NCBI GenBank assembly: GCA_002633005.1
Contig: NMRA01000708.1
Span: 1-64,000 of the forward strand
Reading direction: 5' to 3'
DNA length: 64,000 nt
Source: Phoronis australis
Taxonomy: Eukaryota; Animalia; Phoronida
Shown: positions 27,009-38,810 of the stretch, in pieces
Numbering within the stretch: position 1 is the stretch's first letter
Layout: each line of letters begins with the position of its first letter
Notes under the pieces: model-generated
Seen by the model: the letters and a program-made list of their open reading frames with translations, nothing else
What the model was told of the DNA's origin: nothing
Database searches by the model: none
Position numbers and translations under genes: made by a program

Positions 27009-28307
27009 CGACAAAGCTATTTAACGCAATCTACACTAAACAACATACAGTTGTGTTCATTGACAACTTGTATTAGTGAAAACAATAAATCTGCACATAG
27101 GTGACATTTGCACTAATACCGTAACTCGCGGGCTCACATAGCCCACATCATGCAGTGTTATTCCCCAGGACCACGTCAAGATACTTTCTGAACACGGCTC
27201 AGTGATTTGCAGCATCATTTCTCCGCAAACCTCGTTCTCAAAAACATTTGGCAATTTTCAATCGCTGAGATAAGGATTTAGTCTTCAAGTTCCACTCTAA
27301 GTACACACTGAGAAACGGAAAGTAAAATCTCATCAGCGATGGACAACGATGATTTTTACTGCAGCCTTTCAGTGTTCCTGTCTGGGGAATTGCTGGGTGT
27401 TGCACCACTGATGATCAAAATGCAGTGTTGAAACATAACGGGTTACTGACCTCAACGTACTTGACAGTCACTATCTTTAAAATTTTGTTTTCAATCAAAT
27501 TGTCTATGGAAAATATTTAGTTTACACACTATACTTTAGCCCAAAGTGAAACGATTACACTGTGCAATGACTTAAAAAATAAAAAATGATACCAACACTA
27601 CGTCTGTTAACGTATACGAAAATTTTTATCGTAACGGCTTAAACTTTTGAATTTCTCCTAACCGTTCTTTTTAACATGCTAAAAGGGACATTTCGCTTTC
27701 ACTTTTGTAGAGTTACGTTATACTAAGGATCTTTTTTACAATGTTGTTAAAATTTTGTAAGTTTCTGACTAATTTTGAGAGCATGACATTTTCGTACCTG
27801 ACCTGTACTTATGCAATAAAAGCATTCACGGTCATCAAAGTGATCAATATTGAAAACAGATTTTAATGGAGTAAAAACAAATCTTGAGCAATATGAGAAA
27901 GCATTTAGTGAAACCGTTCTGCTATTATATGTGGTTGTTCAGGGACTTATGCATTTGCGATAGCCTTTATTTCGTCGTTCGGTGTTAATGTCGTGTCGGT
28001 TCAAGGAAGTTAATGGTGTAAAAATTTGTGAATTGCTTCTGTGTATACTGTGTCATTCATTTAAATTAACTAAAATAGTCCAGTCAAGCATCCGCACGTA
28101 ACAGAAATTCGCCGGGGACATCTAGTTTACGAAAACGCTCAATTGTCTGAGATTCAGAGAGTAGTCGTTTCACCACCAATTAGTAGATGCGTAGCAATAT
28201 CCACGAACCACCACTAGCTTTTAAGAAATGATAAACTATACACTCTATCTGTAATCCGGGATTGCGTAATGGAATTCCAAACGATCGAATTTACATACTT
28301 ATCTTTT

Positions 28308-28527
28308 ATATGCGCTGACTACGAAGCGATACCGAAGCAAATAGAAACTTAAAGAGAATTATGGGCTATGGCAGTGTTGCCACAAGGCAAAGAAATCACG
28401 TGGTACAATTAAACCAATAGTGGGAGAACAAAGAAGATCACAGACCCGACATTCCAAACAATATGATAACGAGGCCGAAGCAGTATAGCTCACATATAAT
28501 AATTAAGTAAATAATATAATTTCTATT
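28308..28527 (-). mobile_element. Solo remnant of DIRS/Ngaro terminal repeats
   Basis: Matches 38811-38842 (tatatgcgct..cgaagcgataccgaagc) and 39140-39272 (atcacgtggtacaattaaaccaata...agcagtatagct); absent at the paralogous site about 44220. Confidence 0.7.
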
Positions 28528-28624
28528 GACAGTAATAAAATCATCAAGCAACAAGAATGCATGTGAAAAATACAAACGCACACACCAAGTGAACGAAAAA
28601 CAAATGCATAAACACATATCTTAA

Positions 28625-30897
28625 AGGAGAATGCCACCCAAAAAACAAACTACTTTGTAAGAATTTAGATTGAGTAGTTTCAGCCAATAGCAGCAAGTTC
28701 AGTTGCTTTACCCGACACCTGACGGCAGACGGAGGTGCTGATATTAACCAATGACGTAATCGGTTCGAACGCAGTCTGTTCAACTGTTCACAACACGTTT
28801 ACTGGTGTCAACGTATCGCCTGAATGCATAGTTCTACACCAATAAATCATCAAATGTCTGTGTTAAGCCTTTATAAATACATATAGATTATTACATGGAG
28901 AAGTCGTTATCCCCCGTTATCTAGAGCCCGAGTGGATTTTGGAGAATTATCGCCCGAGGGGCGTTAGATCCGAGGGTGATAATTCTCCAAAATCCACGAG
29001 GGCTCTAGATAAGAGGGATAACGACTGAGAACATGTACTAATATATTTATACCACATACAGAACGAGAAACATTGCAATGAATCGATCTACCTTTCTCGA
29101 CTCGCCTCGGCTTTGTAACTACTTTCTATGTCAGAGGTCCGGGGTCTGAGGTCGTGACCTTTTACGAAAAGCCGAGATGTTTTTGTAAAATAATGCTTTT
29201 ACTCAAAACCAATTGGAAAATAACACAAAATAGCCATAAAGTGAATCTATAAATAAAGGTTTAGCAACTGTTATAGCTTACTACACATTTTATCACGCTA
29301 AGCTTCGACCGGGAAAATATCGTCTGCTAAAGTAGGTTTCCACTAGTAACTGAGTATAATGCTCAAGTCAAAGGATCCCGACCACACGACACCTGCATTC
29401 AGATTGGAGATCGGTGATTTACAACTGAGAGAACACGAGAAAAAAAATCGCCAAAATGTTATCTCACGGTTGCATCTGCCATTCGAGGCTAATATTGTGG
29501 TATAAATCGAGTTCTTGAACAAACGTGTTGTTATATTTCACTGTGACGGATTTATTTGAGCGTACGGTAGCCTACAGAGTGAGGTCAAGGAGTGTAGACT
29601 CCTAGGTTCGTTAGGCCAATGTATCATGGTCAATCGCGGGAGTTTGGGTCTGTTTGGTGATAAATTCGAATAATTCTTCCGTGGAATACAGACATTAAAG
29701 ATAGCTGTATGTTGTACACGTAGACTTGGGATTCTTTCAGTTCTAAACACACAAAACGTTTGCTATCCCAGTCAGTGCCTAGGAACCCGATCAGGCCCGA
29801 CGCGACGGACGCCGGAATTGGACATCACGAACATAAACCAGCTCAAGTTGGAAACTAAACCTCCACTCACGAAAAATTATACTAGTGAGCCAAAGAAATA
29901 ATGTGCACGGAATTATTTCGGTGAATTAGCCACGAAACTGCCAATCTTACTTGTCGGGGGCTGCGAAGTCAAATTGCCCTTTTACAGAACCGTCAGGACA
30001 AAAGTTGTACAGTAACAACGATGGAAAAATGTATTTGTTTATCTAAATAAACTTTCCATAGTATATAAAATCGAATTATTGCTTTCTGTCAGCAAACACT
30101 GAATTAGCATGCGCTCACACGGCCTCAGTGGCGGGTCAATTACCTTTATTGCATCCGTGTGAAGCCGGTAGCGCAGTGGTTTATTCATTGCTGGCTTCTC
30201 AAAACATTTGCACTCACGAATACTCCAAAGTCATTACAAATTGTATCTCGTGAGACAGAATTTGTTTCAGTTTATAAAAGCATTGGTTAGGATGAGAATA
30301 ATTCATTTTGAAACAGAATGCAGAATATAAAACGCCAACATGGCAACTCGCAATCCCGACTTAGACGAGAGCTCATTCGACGAAGACTTCGCAAGTGGAT
30401 CGTTAAGTTTCGCAGGCTGTCAGTTCGAACCGGAATACAGTGATAAAGAAATACTAGAGAGGCGCCGTGAACAGGCACAGGCAACGGAACGTATGGATAG
30501 TTCTTTGGTAAGCCGGCATTCGTGGGACTCACTGTCGACGACTGCAGGCCACAGACACGGAGATGTTTCACGGCCTCATACTTGCTATTAACAGCGTACT
30601 TTTCATTCTTCACTTACCGCGAGCCACTTATTAAGCATTTCGGACTCTCGAGGAAGTCAAAAAACGATATACCTGCTTTTTCGCAGCTGTATAGTTCGGA
30701 CAAGCGGGACCGACGCACGCAACATAGCGGCATTCACACTGCAAATGAACCACTGACGTCGCTGCTTCGTTTCTCACCTTCGTCACAGGTTAACGCGACA
30801 CCTCTCGGCAAGGTAAGGTCGACCGTGTGCGAGGCGATGTGGATATAGACCGATTATGACGGTAAAAAAGACTAATTAAATCCGGTGGCATTCTCCT
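28625..30897. mobile_element. Internally deleted Kolobok DNA transposon
   Basis: TTAA|AGGAGAATGCCACC ... GGTGGCATTCTCCT|TTAA (14-bp TIR, TTAA TSD); empty paralogous site at about 44310 (catcctaatggac); KolX start on + (30340, MATRNPD...QFEPEYSDKEILERRR) convergent with a THAP start on - (about 30730: MPLCC..ACPN..AGISFF..KWLA / KHLRVCGL). Confidence 0.9.
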
Positions 30898-32125
30898 TTA
30901 ATGGACAAAAGACAAGCAAGAGAATTACTTCTGGTTTTGATATTTAGTAAGATCTATAGTGCTAACACTAGCTTAATTTTTTGAGGTCATAAACGAAACC
31001 GAAATAAATAAATACAATAATACACATAATAATTATATTTAATATCTAATCGCCATGGGATTAGGATTAAGGCCGTCTTGAGTTTCGAACTCTACCTTGA
31101 CCTTGGATTTGACACAGCCTCCTGAAAATACCAAAAATGGACTCTGCGTTCAAGAAACGGTGTAAGCCATCAATTTCAAGAGATGAAATTGACAGAGGCA
31201 TCCGCCACATTGAATTGTTAAATAAAGCTTAAGGCTTCAATCAAGCTAATTTTGTATAACACATTTCCTAAACAAAAACTGAGGGGTCAACAGTTTGGCA
31301 AATTGACCACCGGTGTCGGAATGGTTGATGAAAATAAATAAATTCTTTTAAACCACAATATTAGCCTCGAATGGCAGATAAAACCGTGTAATAACCCATA
31401 AAGTTATTTCACTAATGAGATAACATTTTGACGGGAAACCGAGGCCGGATTCGAACCCGGGCCTCAAGAGTTTCGAGTCGCCGACTTTACCACTACGCCA
31501 CTCAGCGGCTGACGTCATCGAACGTGAAAATAGAATGCTTAAATGAGCACGCGCACCAATCGCACATTCAGCAAAGGGCACTGCACCGACATTTATACGC
31601 TATGAAAAATAAAGCGCATAATTTCCATAAAAACGATATTTTAATCCAGTGAAATTTTTCTGTCGTGTTCTCGCACTTGTAAATTTGAATGCGGGTATCG
31701 TGTCGTCGGGATCCTTTGACTTGAGCATTATACTAAGTTACTAGTGGTAACCTACTTTAGCAGACGTTATTTTCCCGGTCGAAGCTTAGCGTGATAAAAT
31801 GTATAGTAAGCTATATTAGTTGCTAAACCTTAATTTATAGATTCACTTTATGTCTAATTTGTTTAAATTTTTTAATTGGTTTTGAGTATAAGCATTATTT
31901 GACAAAAATAGCTTGGCTTTTCTTAAAAGGTCACGACCTCCGACCCCGGGGCTCTTACATAGAAAGTAGTTACAAAGCCGAGGCGAGTCGAGAAAGGTAG
32001 ATCTATTCATTGCAATGTTTCTCGTTCAGTATTTGATAATTCTCCAAAATCCACTCTGGCTCTAGATAACGGGGGATAACGACTTCGCCATGTAATAATC
32101 TATATGTATTATTATTTCCTTACAG

Positions 32126-32890
32126 TACGCTTTCATGATTTGCACTGTAATAGCGATCGAGGGGCTTGGCGCCTATAAACTCATTGGACAACTGCCTTTT
32201 CTGACTGACAAATTGGAGTTAAACTTTAAACAGTTGGTGAGACAATACCAGAAATTAAATTCAGCTAGGTCCCAAGCGCTGGACTACATCCAGGTCAAGT
32301 TTGAGTGCTGTGGCCAAGCGGGCCCCAGAGATTACCAATTCAGCACTTTCTGGAACCAGACTCAGGGTCAGATTCCGACTCCTTACTCCTGCTGCAAGGT
32401 AGAGGACCTGGAGGATTTTCAATTCTGTGAGGAATGTGAGCGGCCCCGCTACATCAACAACACGCAATGTGCCCAGGACTGGAATAAGACGGAGTCGTTG
32501 TTCATCAACGTTCAGGGATGTGGTCCTCATCTGCTGAATTTCGTATTCAATTACAAACCGATAACAATTAGCATCGTCGCCGGGTTACTGGCTACACAGT
32601 TTCTTGGTGTCGTCCTTGCCGTTTGGTTGTGCGTAGCAAAGCCCGCGACTCAGAAGGAGAAGTCAGAGATTGAGCTTCCAATATTGACTCGAAGGATAAC
32701 CGGAAAAGATAGTCAATTATTAAAGAGAACGTCTTTGTCGCAGCCGAAATCAGACATGCAGAAAATTTGCGAAGGTGAAAAGGGAGAAAATTGTGATTCA
32801 GATGAAACACAGGAACAATCAACAGCTAACCATACAACATACTCCAGTTCCCACCCAGAATTTGAAACATTGAATGATGCTAATGTATGA
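32126..32890 (+). CDS. Tetraspanin paralog A, terminal exon only (TM3-LEL-TM4-tail); upstream exons not found
   Basis: Acceptor ttatttccttacag|TAC; open frame with ECCG, PYSCC and 8 LEL cysteines; clear paralog of 44813-45574. Confidence 0.8.
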   Translation, partial: YAFMICTVIAIEGLGAYKLIGQLPFLTDKLELNFKQLVRQYQKLNSARSQALDYIQVKFECCGQAGPRDYQFSTFWNQTQGQIPTPYSCCKVEDLEDFQFCEECERPRYINNTQCAQDWNKTESLFINVQGCGPHLLNFVFNYKPITISIVAGLLATQFLGVVLAVWLCVAKPATQKEKSEIELPILTRRITGKDSQLLKRTSLSQPKSDMQKICEGEKGENCDSDETQEQSTANHTTYSSSHPEFETLNDANV

Positions 32891-33949
32891 TTGAGAGATC
32901 TGGCAAAACCAGGGTTAGTGACTTACAAAGCTCACTCGAGACTCGACTAGAAAGTTCACAGATCACATCTTGTGAATTTGAAAATTACCCGTAACGTGAA
33001 ACGCCACTCGTCAGTTTTCGAGTCCTATCTCGAGTAAATTTGGCTGGTCACGTACTTTAACAGCTCCAGTAGTTAGAGGATTTACACTGTTATTAATAAA
33101 AAATGAAAACGCCATTCACGCCTTCTTTTTAAGCTGACAGGATTCTATTCCATTTCGACGCGTTTAGCAAACTAAAACAAAAATCGAATAAGGATTTTTA
33201 CTCTGACAGACTGGTCTCGTACTCCTTAGCGTGACTGGGTTCCATTTATGTTACCAACTCTTGCCATTTTCGTGAGAGTTTGACAAAGTTTTCTTGGGTC
33301 GGAGTATTTACTTGAATCAATTACAACATTTGACGTCATTTTGAATATTCTATAGACTCCTTTCACACTTACAAGCGCGATTTAAGAGGTTACAAATCTG
33401 CCAATCGTGGCTAAACACAATTTTTGATTTAGAACAGTTATGAAATTTGTCACGAGTTGTTCCATAGTCAAAATAGGTGTGATTTCTTCCTGTTCAGGCT
33501 GTAAATGCTGACTCGTCACGGCGTGCCATTTTGTTCACTGGATGTGATCTAGAGCGAGAACGAACAGTCAGGGCACTGATACGCCGTAAATTTTAACGAG
33601 CGGAAAAGTCGGCTAAGGCAAAAGTGAGTTTTTCTGATGGAACACAAATTTATAGGTGCTTTAACAGCCGGGGCGGACTTTCGACACCGTCCTCAAAGTT
33701 TACACGATGGTCAAAAAACCAGGTGAAGTATGCAGATATTTCGAATAACGTGGAAACACGATTTTACGACAATTTCCGGTTTGCTTATAGACCCAACAGA
33801 CATTAAAATCTAAAGCGAGGCTCACTGCGATAAACAAAGCCGAAGTTGATCGGACATTGCGTGAGTTAAATGGCCGATCTTTCGAGTCCAACCTGGATAT
33901 TAAATCTTAAAAATGTGTCGATAATTAACCACAGAGACGTAAAAATACA

Positions 33950-35400
33950 TTAGAGAACAAGTCAATGCACCAAAGAGTTGTCTGACGAAAGGGTATAAGT
34001 TTTTTTTCGGAAAACTAGGTTCAAAACGTGAAAAGTAAATAATGACCAAATTGCGGCGATCGACGTGTTACGGCTAGGTATCATGCTGAATGCAGGGGTA
34101 CGTTTCTTCTAGTAAATTGTTGATAAAAATGCTAATTTCTACACGAACCAGTTCGTCTGCTCTTATTGTTGACGAGTTGATGAAATATTCGACAGCATTT
34201 TGCTGTCATGTGCATCTGGTTTAATTTGTTATTCAAGAATATTAACATCAAGCATATCCAAGGTCCTGGTGAGGTAGGGACTACCGGGACTAACAATTGA
34301 TTTGTCATTTATATGAAAGAATAATTGATGTTATTAAATACATTTTTATTAAAATAAAAAACCTGGCTGGTAATTGAAAATAAAAATTATTTGACCATCA
34401 ATTCTGCTTTCTTGGTTTTAATAATTCTTACGTCTATTGCATGTGTTAGGATTCAATAATCAATATGTACCAAGTTGAATTTTAAAATTAAAACACGTAC
34501 CTAGTTCGTTCGTCTAAAGCATAACCTCGTTTTAGAGCTCAATTTCAGTTAACTGGACAGAGCAAGCACAGTTATCATGTTTCATCAGGGGCCTCGTTCG
34601 TTCATCCGACGGAAAAGAAGCCTGTGCCTTCTAAGAGGGGTATTTTTCGCCGAGTGACGGGAAAAATGTAGCTCCCGATCACCATCAATAGAAATCCCGC
34701 CCTGTTGCAAGCTCTCATAGGCTATGTCTCAAATAGCATTTTTGTGCTCTTTCAAATTGTCACCTGTGTGGTTACACTGAGGTGATTTGAACTTCGAAGA
34801 GAAATTTCCAATCACTTTTTTAGGCCTCGTGGGGGAATTTCGCGTTATTTTTTTTTAAATATTTTTAGAGGGGAATAGAGCCGATATTCGGCCCCAAAAT
34901 CGAGGGATTGAGGGTCCTGTCCTTTTTGGAAAGAAAAAATGCATCATGAAAACACACTGAGCCTGGCTGGTCGAAGATTCGCCAGTCGCCATTACTCGGC
35001 AACGAGATGCTATCAAATATGATCTAACTTTTTGAAAACATTTATAAACTTTACACGGACATATTTTCTTTCGTCGCGGCGTATGGAAACGACCCAACGC
35101 TTCCGTATCTCAGCGTCCTTAGCCGGAGATTGTAAAACAGACAGTTGAATGTCCGTATTTTTCCTAGCCGTTCGAGCAACGCGGAATACAGCTATCTTAG
35201 CGAGCCTCGTTTTGGAACTTGCCTCCTGTCGGCGTGAATTAGGTCTATGGGCCTTGCCCAAGGGGCTGGCGTCAAATCAACCACTGCACCAATTATTAGC
35301 TACCATTAGCAGAATTACATAAACAGGATGTTCTCTACAAGTTTTCACGGCGACATTTCCTTGTCTTTTGTTTTCTTTCCTTGTGGCTAATGACGCTCCT
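33950..35400 (-). mobile_element. THAP-bearing DNA transposon remnant; related copy in opposite orientation at about 62880-64000
   Basis: SCIPRCSNG...KDAEIRKRWVVSIRRDE is THAP-like (frameshifted); 33950-35060 matches the reverse complement of 62880-64000 (e.g. cgagggattgaggg, agagttgtctga). Confidence 0.6.
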
Positions 35401-37438
35401 TTAGTATTTTGACGCCTTGGGATTACAATTTTTGCTCACCCACCCCTGTCCGGTGGCTACAATTTCGCCAATCGAGCGGTCGCGTGACAAGTTTCAGGGT
35501 GCCACCCTGCTCCGTGACACAAGTTTCTAGCCAGTTTCGCCACAACTGTTGAAGCGTATCTGTGACTACGGGGTTGGGTTCCTAATGTGTAGGTTATTTA
35601 CCTTAGTTCACTTAATAGTCAAGCTGGCACTGCTTCAGTAACTATATGCCTTTACTCTACTTAAACATTCATAATTCACGGACATGGCTTTGTGGCATGG
35701 TGACTTCAAATGGGGAGGAGACCCTGGCCCATCTAAACCAGTTGCAAACTCTTGAATCCGCTTCAGTCTGTTACCACTTGTTTGAAGAGTAGCGGACGGT
35801 ACAAGTATTTGCTGCAGAAGTTTCGGCTTAAAAAGGGAACTGTTTTCAAAATGGCGGGACATCCAAAATGTCTGGATAGAACAGAAGAAGGCAACAGATT
35901 AGACTTTTTTTACTCGGGCAACTTCATAGAACTACTGACTACCATTCCACGCAAACCACGATTCACTTAGCCCAGATAAATGCTATCAAAACTGGCCCAC
36001 CCCACTTTCAAGACAACTATTGCATTAATGTTTTGATTGAAATCGACTAAAAGGTTCAAAATACTTTCAAAACTTGATGAAGTGATATCCAACGAGGAAT
36101 CGGCACCTGAGTCGCATACGACATCTACATGGAATTTAGCAATTGAAAACTGAGACAGTCATGTTCCGGATGTTACGATTGAGACCTGATTGCGTGCTGA
36201 GTGTTGCTCACACTATTGCAGTTGCATTACTTTACTTTAAACTATTTCCCGAAACTTTGATAATAAACCGGCTATCGACGTCGAGACAACATTGACGTAC
36301 CTTTTGAACTTTCCATGTCAGAGGTCGCTGTTGAAGTAGTGCGGGAGGTGAATACGGAAAACGTAATTTTATGGCCGTATTTCCCTCGACTGATTCAACG
36401 CCTATGGGATAAAAGACATTTCTGAACCAAAATTTTCAGCTAATTGTCAAAAAAATTTTCCACTATTGTCTGTCATGACTTTTGACACAATTTTTGACAA
36501 AACTACTGAAGTCAAATTTCGGCGAAGCTCCTCTACTTTTTAAAACTTAACTGTTGTTGTGGTAAATAAAATCCCCATTATTTGGAAAAAGAAGTTAAGT
36601 GCATCTTTGGTAAGAATAAAGAGAAACGGCAATACCGCTTCAAAACAATACAGTCGCTAGAAATTGAATTTTACCCACTGAGACATTTTTCAATTAAGAT
36701 CCACAGTAACTTGATGGATATTCCATCCAAGCTGAATGCCGACAGTACTGTTAAAGACCCACGCAGCCCTTTTACTAACCAAATCCCAAGTCGCAAACTT
36801 CAAATTGGACGCCATGTTAATTCCAAGGAATCTTCCCATTGAAGAAAGCAATGAACTACATTCGGTCGTAAACTCTATGATGTACAGGCATTATACATGT
36901 AGGAACGCGCTCAAAACATTTGCAACAAAACAAAGGTCTCCGCCCTGAAGCATGAATACAAACAATGGATTCAAAAAGGTGCCGCATAGTGCTTTAACCA
37001 ATCAACAAAATTGTACTGCACACTGAGTATTTATATACATGTAATGAAATACAATTTCACTTACATGTACAAGTGTAACACAAATCCGCATAAGATTGAT
37101 TTTTCATTTAACTTGTCTTTCCCAGAAATTCTCCAAGTTTCACTTAATATAAATGTTCACGATGAAAACTCAAAAACGCTGTATTTGCACTCCTTTAAAT
37201 TATTATTGTTTGGTAGCTGTAAGATTTGAATTTGTTCATAAACATCCTAAAAGTTCGATTTTTGATAACACCTCATGCAAAACTGGAACATTGTCCTAGC
37301 AGCGTTTTTTCGAGGAACAGTGCACAAGCTTCGTATGGATCACATGAGCCATTTCTCAGATCGGTGATGTATATTAGCTGAATTTTGACACTCATCAAAA
37401 TTGAAAGACAGTAAATGAGTGGTAGAGAATTCTCACTT

Positions 37439-37642
37439 ACAGCATCTAAGTTATTTCTTAAAGTGAACAACACCGGCGATTGAGCGAGGGAGGTGACCGC
37501 GTAGTGGAACAGCCCATAAATGACAGTAGGAGCACAAACTTACAAACAGACAGTAAGTGGAAGAGTTTGAGCAGTGTTCTATCTCAGCATGTGGTAGCAA
37601 CGATCTGTAAGATTTCCGAGCTTTTCGCTGGCACATTTCACT
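37439..37642 (-). pseudogene. SLC25A46: Decayed duplicate of SLC25A46 exon 7
   Basis: Near-copy of 57239-57448 (…VIYGLFHY…LFTLRNNLDA|gtaagt) with indels and an in-frame TAG at the W codon; neighbouring exons 6 and 8 are absent. Confidence 0.85.
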
Positions 37643-38565
37643 CTAAAGATCAAATGTCACAGAAGTTTACAGTCAGTGGGCTGGGTAAGTGAATGATGGC
37701 TTAGAGTGAATTACGTGATGAAGATTTTGATTCATCCAGGAGCATGTAGGTTGGTACATATGCTTTATTATGAATATTTCAGCCGGACATACCTAGTTAA
37801 AACTTTACGTTGCAGGGATCACAATTTCCCCAGTGCCAGATGTTCTTGGGTTTACTTTGAAATTGTACTGGCACGGGGTAAAAAGGCTTTTTGGATCTCA
37901 GGTAAAAATATCTCTGTGGTGGTGCGAGACTCAACCAATCTAAAACCTGGCAGAGAGCATTGCACTCACTACCCAACTGAGGTCGCACTAGTACAGTTTC
38001 ACAGGAAAGGCGAGGAGATCTGAGGCTGCCAGCCGAACATCTTCTGAAGAAGTCGACAGTTGTAATTCCTGCAATGCAAAGTTTAAACTAGGTAGGTCCG
38101 TCTGAAATTTTCATAATTAGAGTCACAATAAACCCACTATTGGTTGTCACCTTTATTTAGACAACTTTGCACTGTAAAACTAGTCTCACCACTTTCTTGT
38201 GGTCATAGTGATGCTTTAAGTGATGCTTATATGTACTAAATTTACGTGAGCTTCCGGAAATAGGTTTTTCTTTATATTCACCAATTTAGAACGCGAGATG
38301 AGTTTTGTCATTCGCTAATTATATTACATTTGGTAACTTCAAGCTTTGTTTAGGTTTGCATTGTTTTACTAATTTTTTAATGTGGCAGCAGAGTGAGTAC
38401 CCGTAATGAACAACGGCGGAGATTTTCGTTGGTGGTGTACCACTAAAAACAACACAAAATTAAGTATTTAGATTGTATTGCATGAGCAATATTTGGATTT
38501 ATTTTTTAACTGAGCTAAAGTGTTAAAATGTTTTTTTTTTATGAATTCCTTAACTAAAATATAAG

Positions 38566-38795
38566 TAGGTAAATAAAACAACAAGAATGGATCAACTGAA
38601 ATTTTCGGATGTAATAACGTCCTTTGTCAACAGAAACAGAAATAAATTTTCGGATGTAATAACGTCCTTTGTCAACAGAAACAGAAATAAAGTAAAATCA
38701 AACACTTTATTTACTTTATTTCTGTTTCTGTTGACAAAGGACGTTATTACATCCGAAAATTTCAGTTGATCCATTCTTGTTGTTTTATTTACCTA
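38566..38795. repeat. Near-perfect palindrome with an internal ~45-bp tandem duplication in the left arm
   Basis: taggtaaataaaacaacaagaatggatcaactgaaattttcggatgtaataacgtcctttgtcaacagaaacagaaataaa is exactly mirrored at about 38715-38795, giving identical ORF starts on both strands in the track. Confidence 0.92.
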
Positions 38796-38810
38796 TTTAT
38801 ATTCTACATT

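Larger units (their letters stand above)
23509..38190 (+). repeat. Segmental duplication copy A (paralogous to about 42586-57960)
   Basis: Colinear blocks (approximate): 23509-23830~42586-42910; 24850-25370~42930-43430; 27700-28300~43430-44215; 30900-31330~44310-44790; 32105-33300~44790-45960; 35440-36070~51930-52570; 36420-37140~53115-53790; 37400-38190~57200-57960. Confidence 0.88.

Noticed and set aside
27365-27456. Exon 2 of tetraspanin A (GIAGCC)
   Set aside because: Little nucleotide similarity to 41651-41730, no GCCGA..EN motif, and a non-syntenic position within an insertion.
38587-38774. Twin 60-aa ORFs on both strands; possible CRISPR-like array
   Set aside because: Produced by a palindrome with one tandem duplication; no spacers, no cas genes, eukaryotic context.
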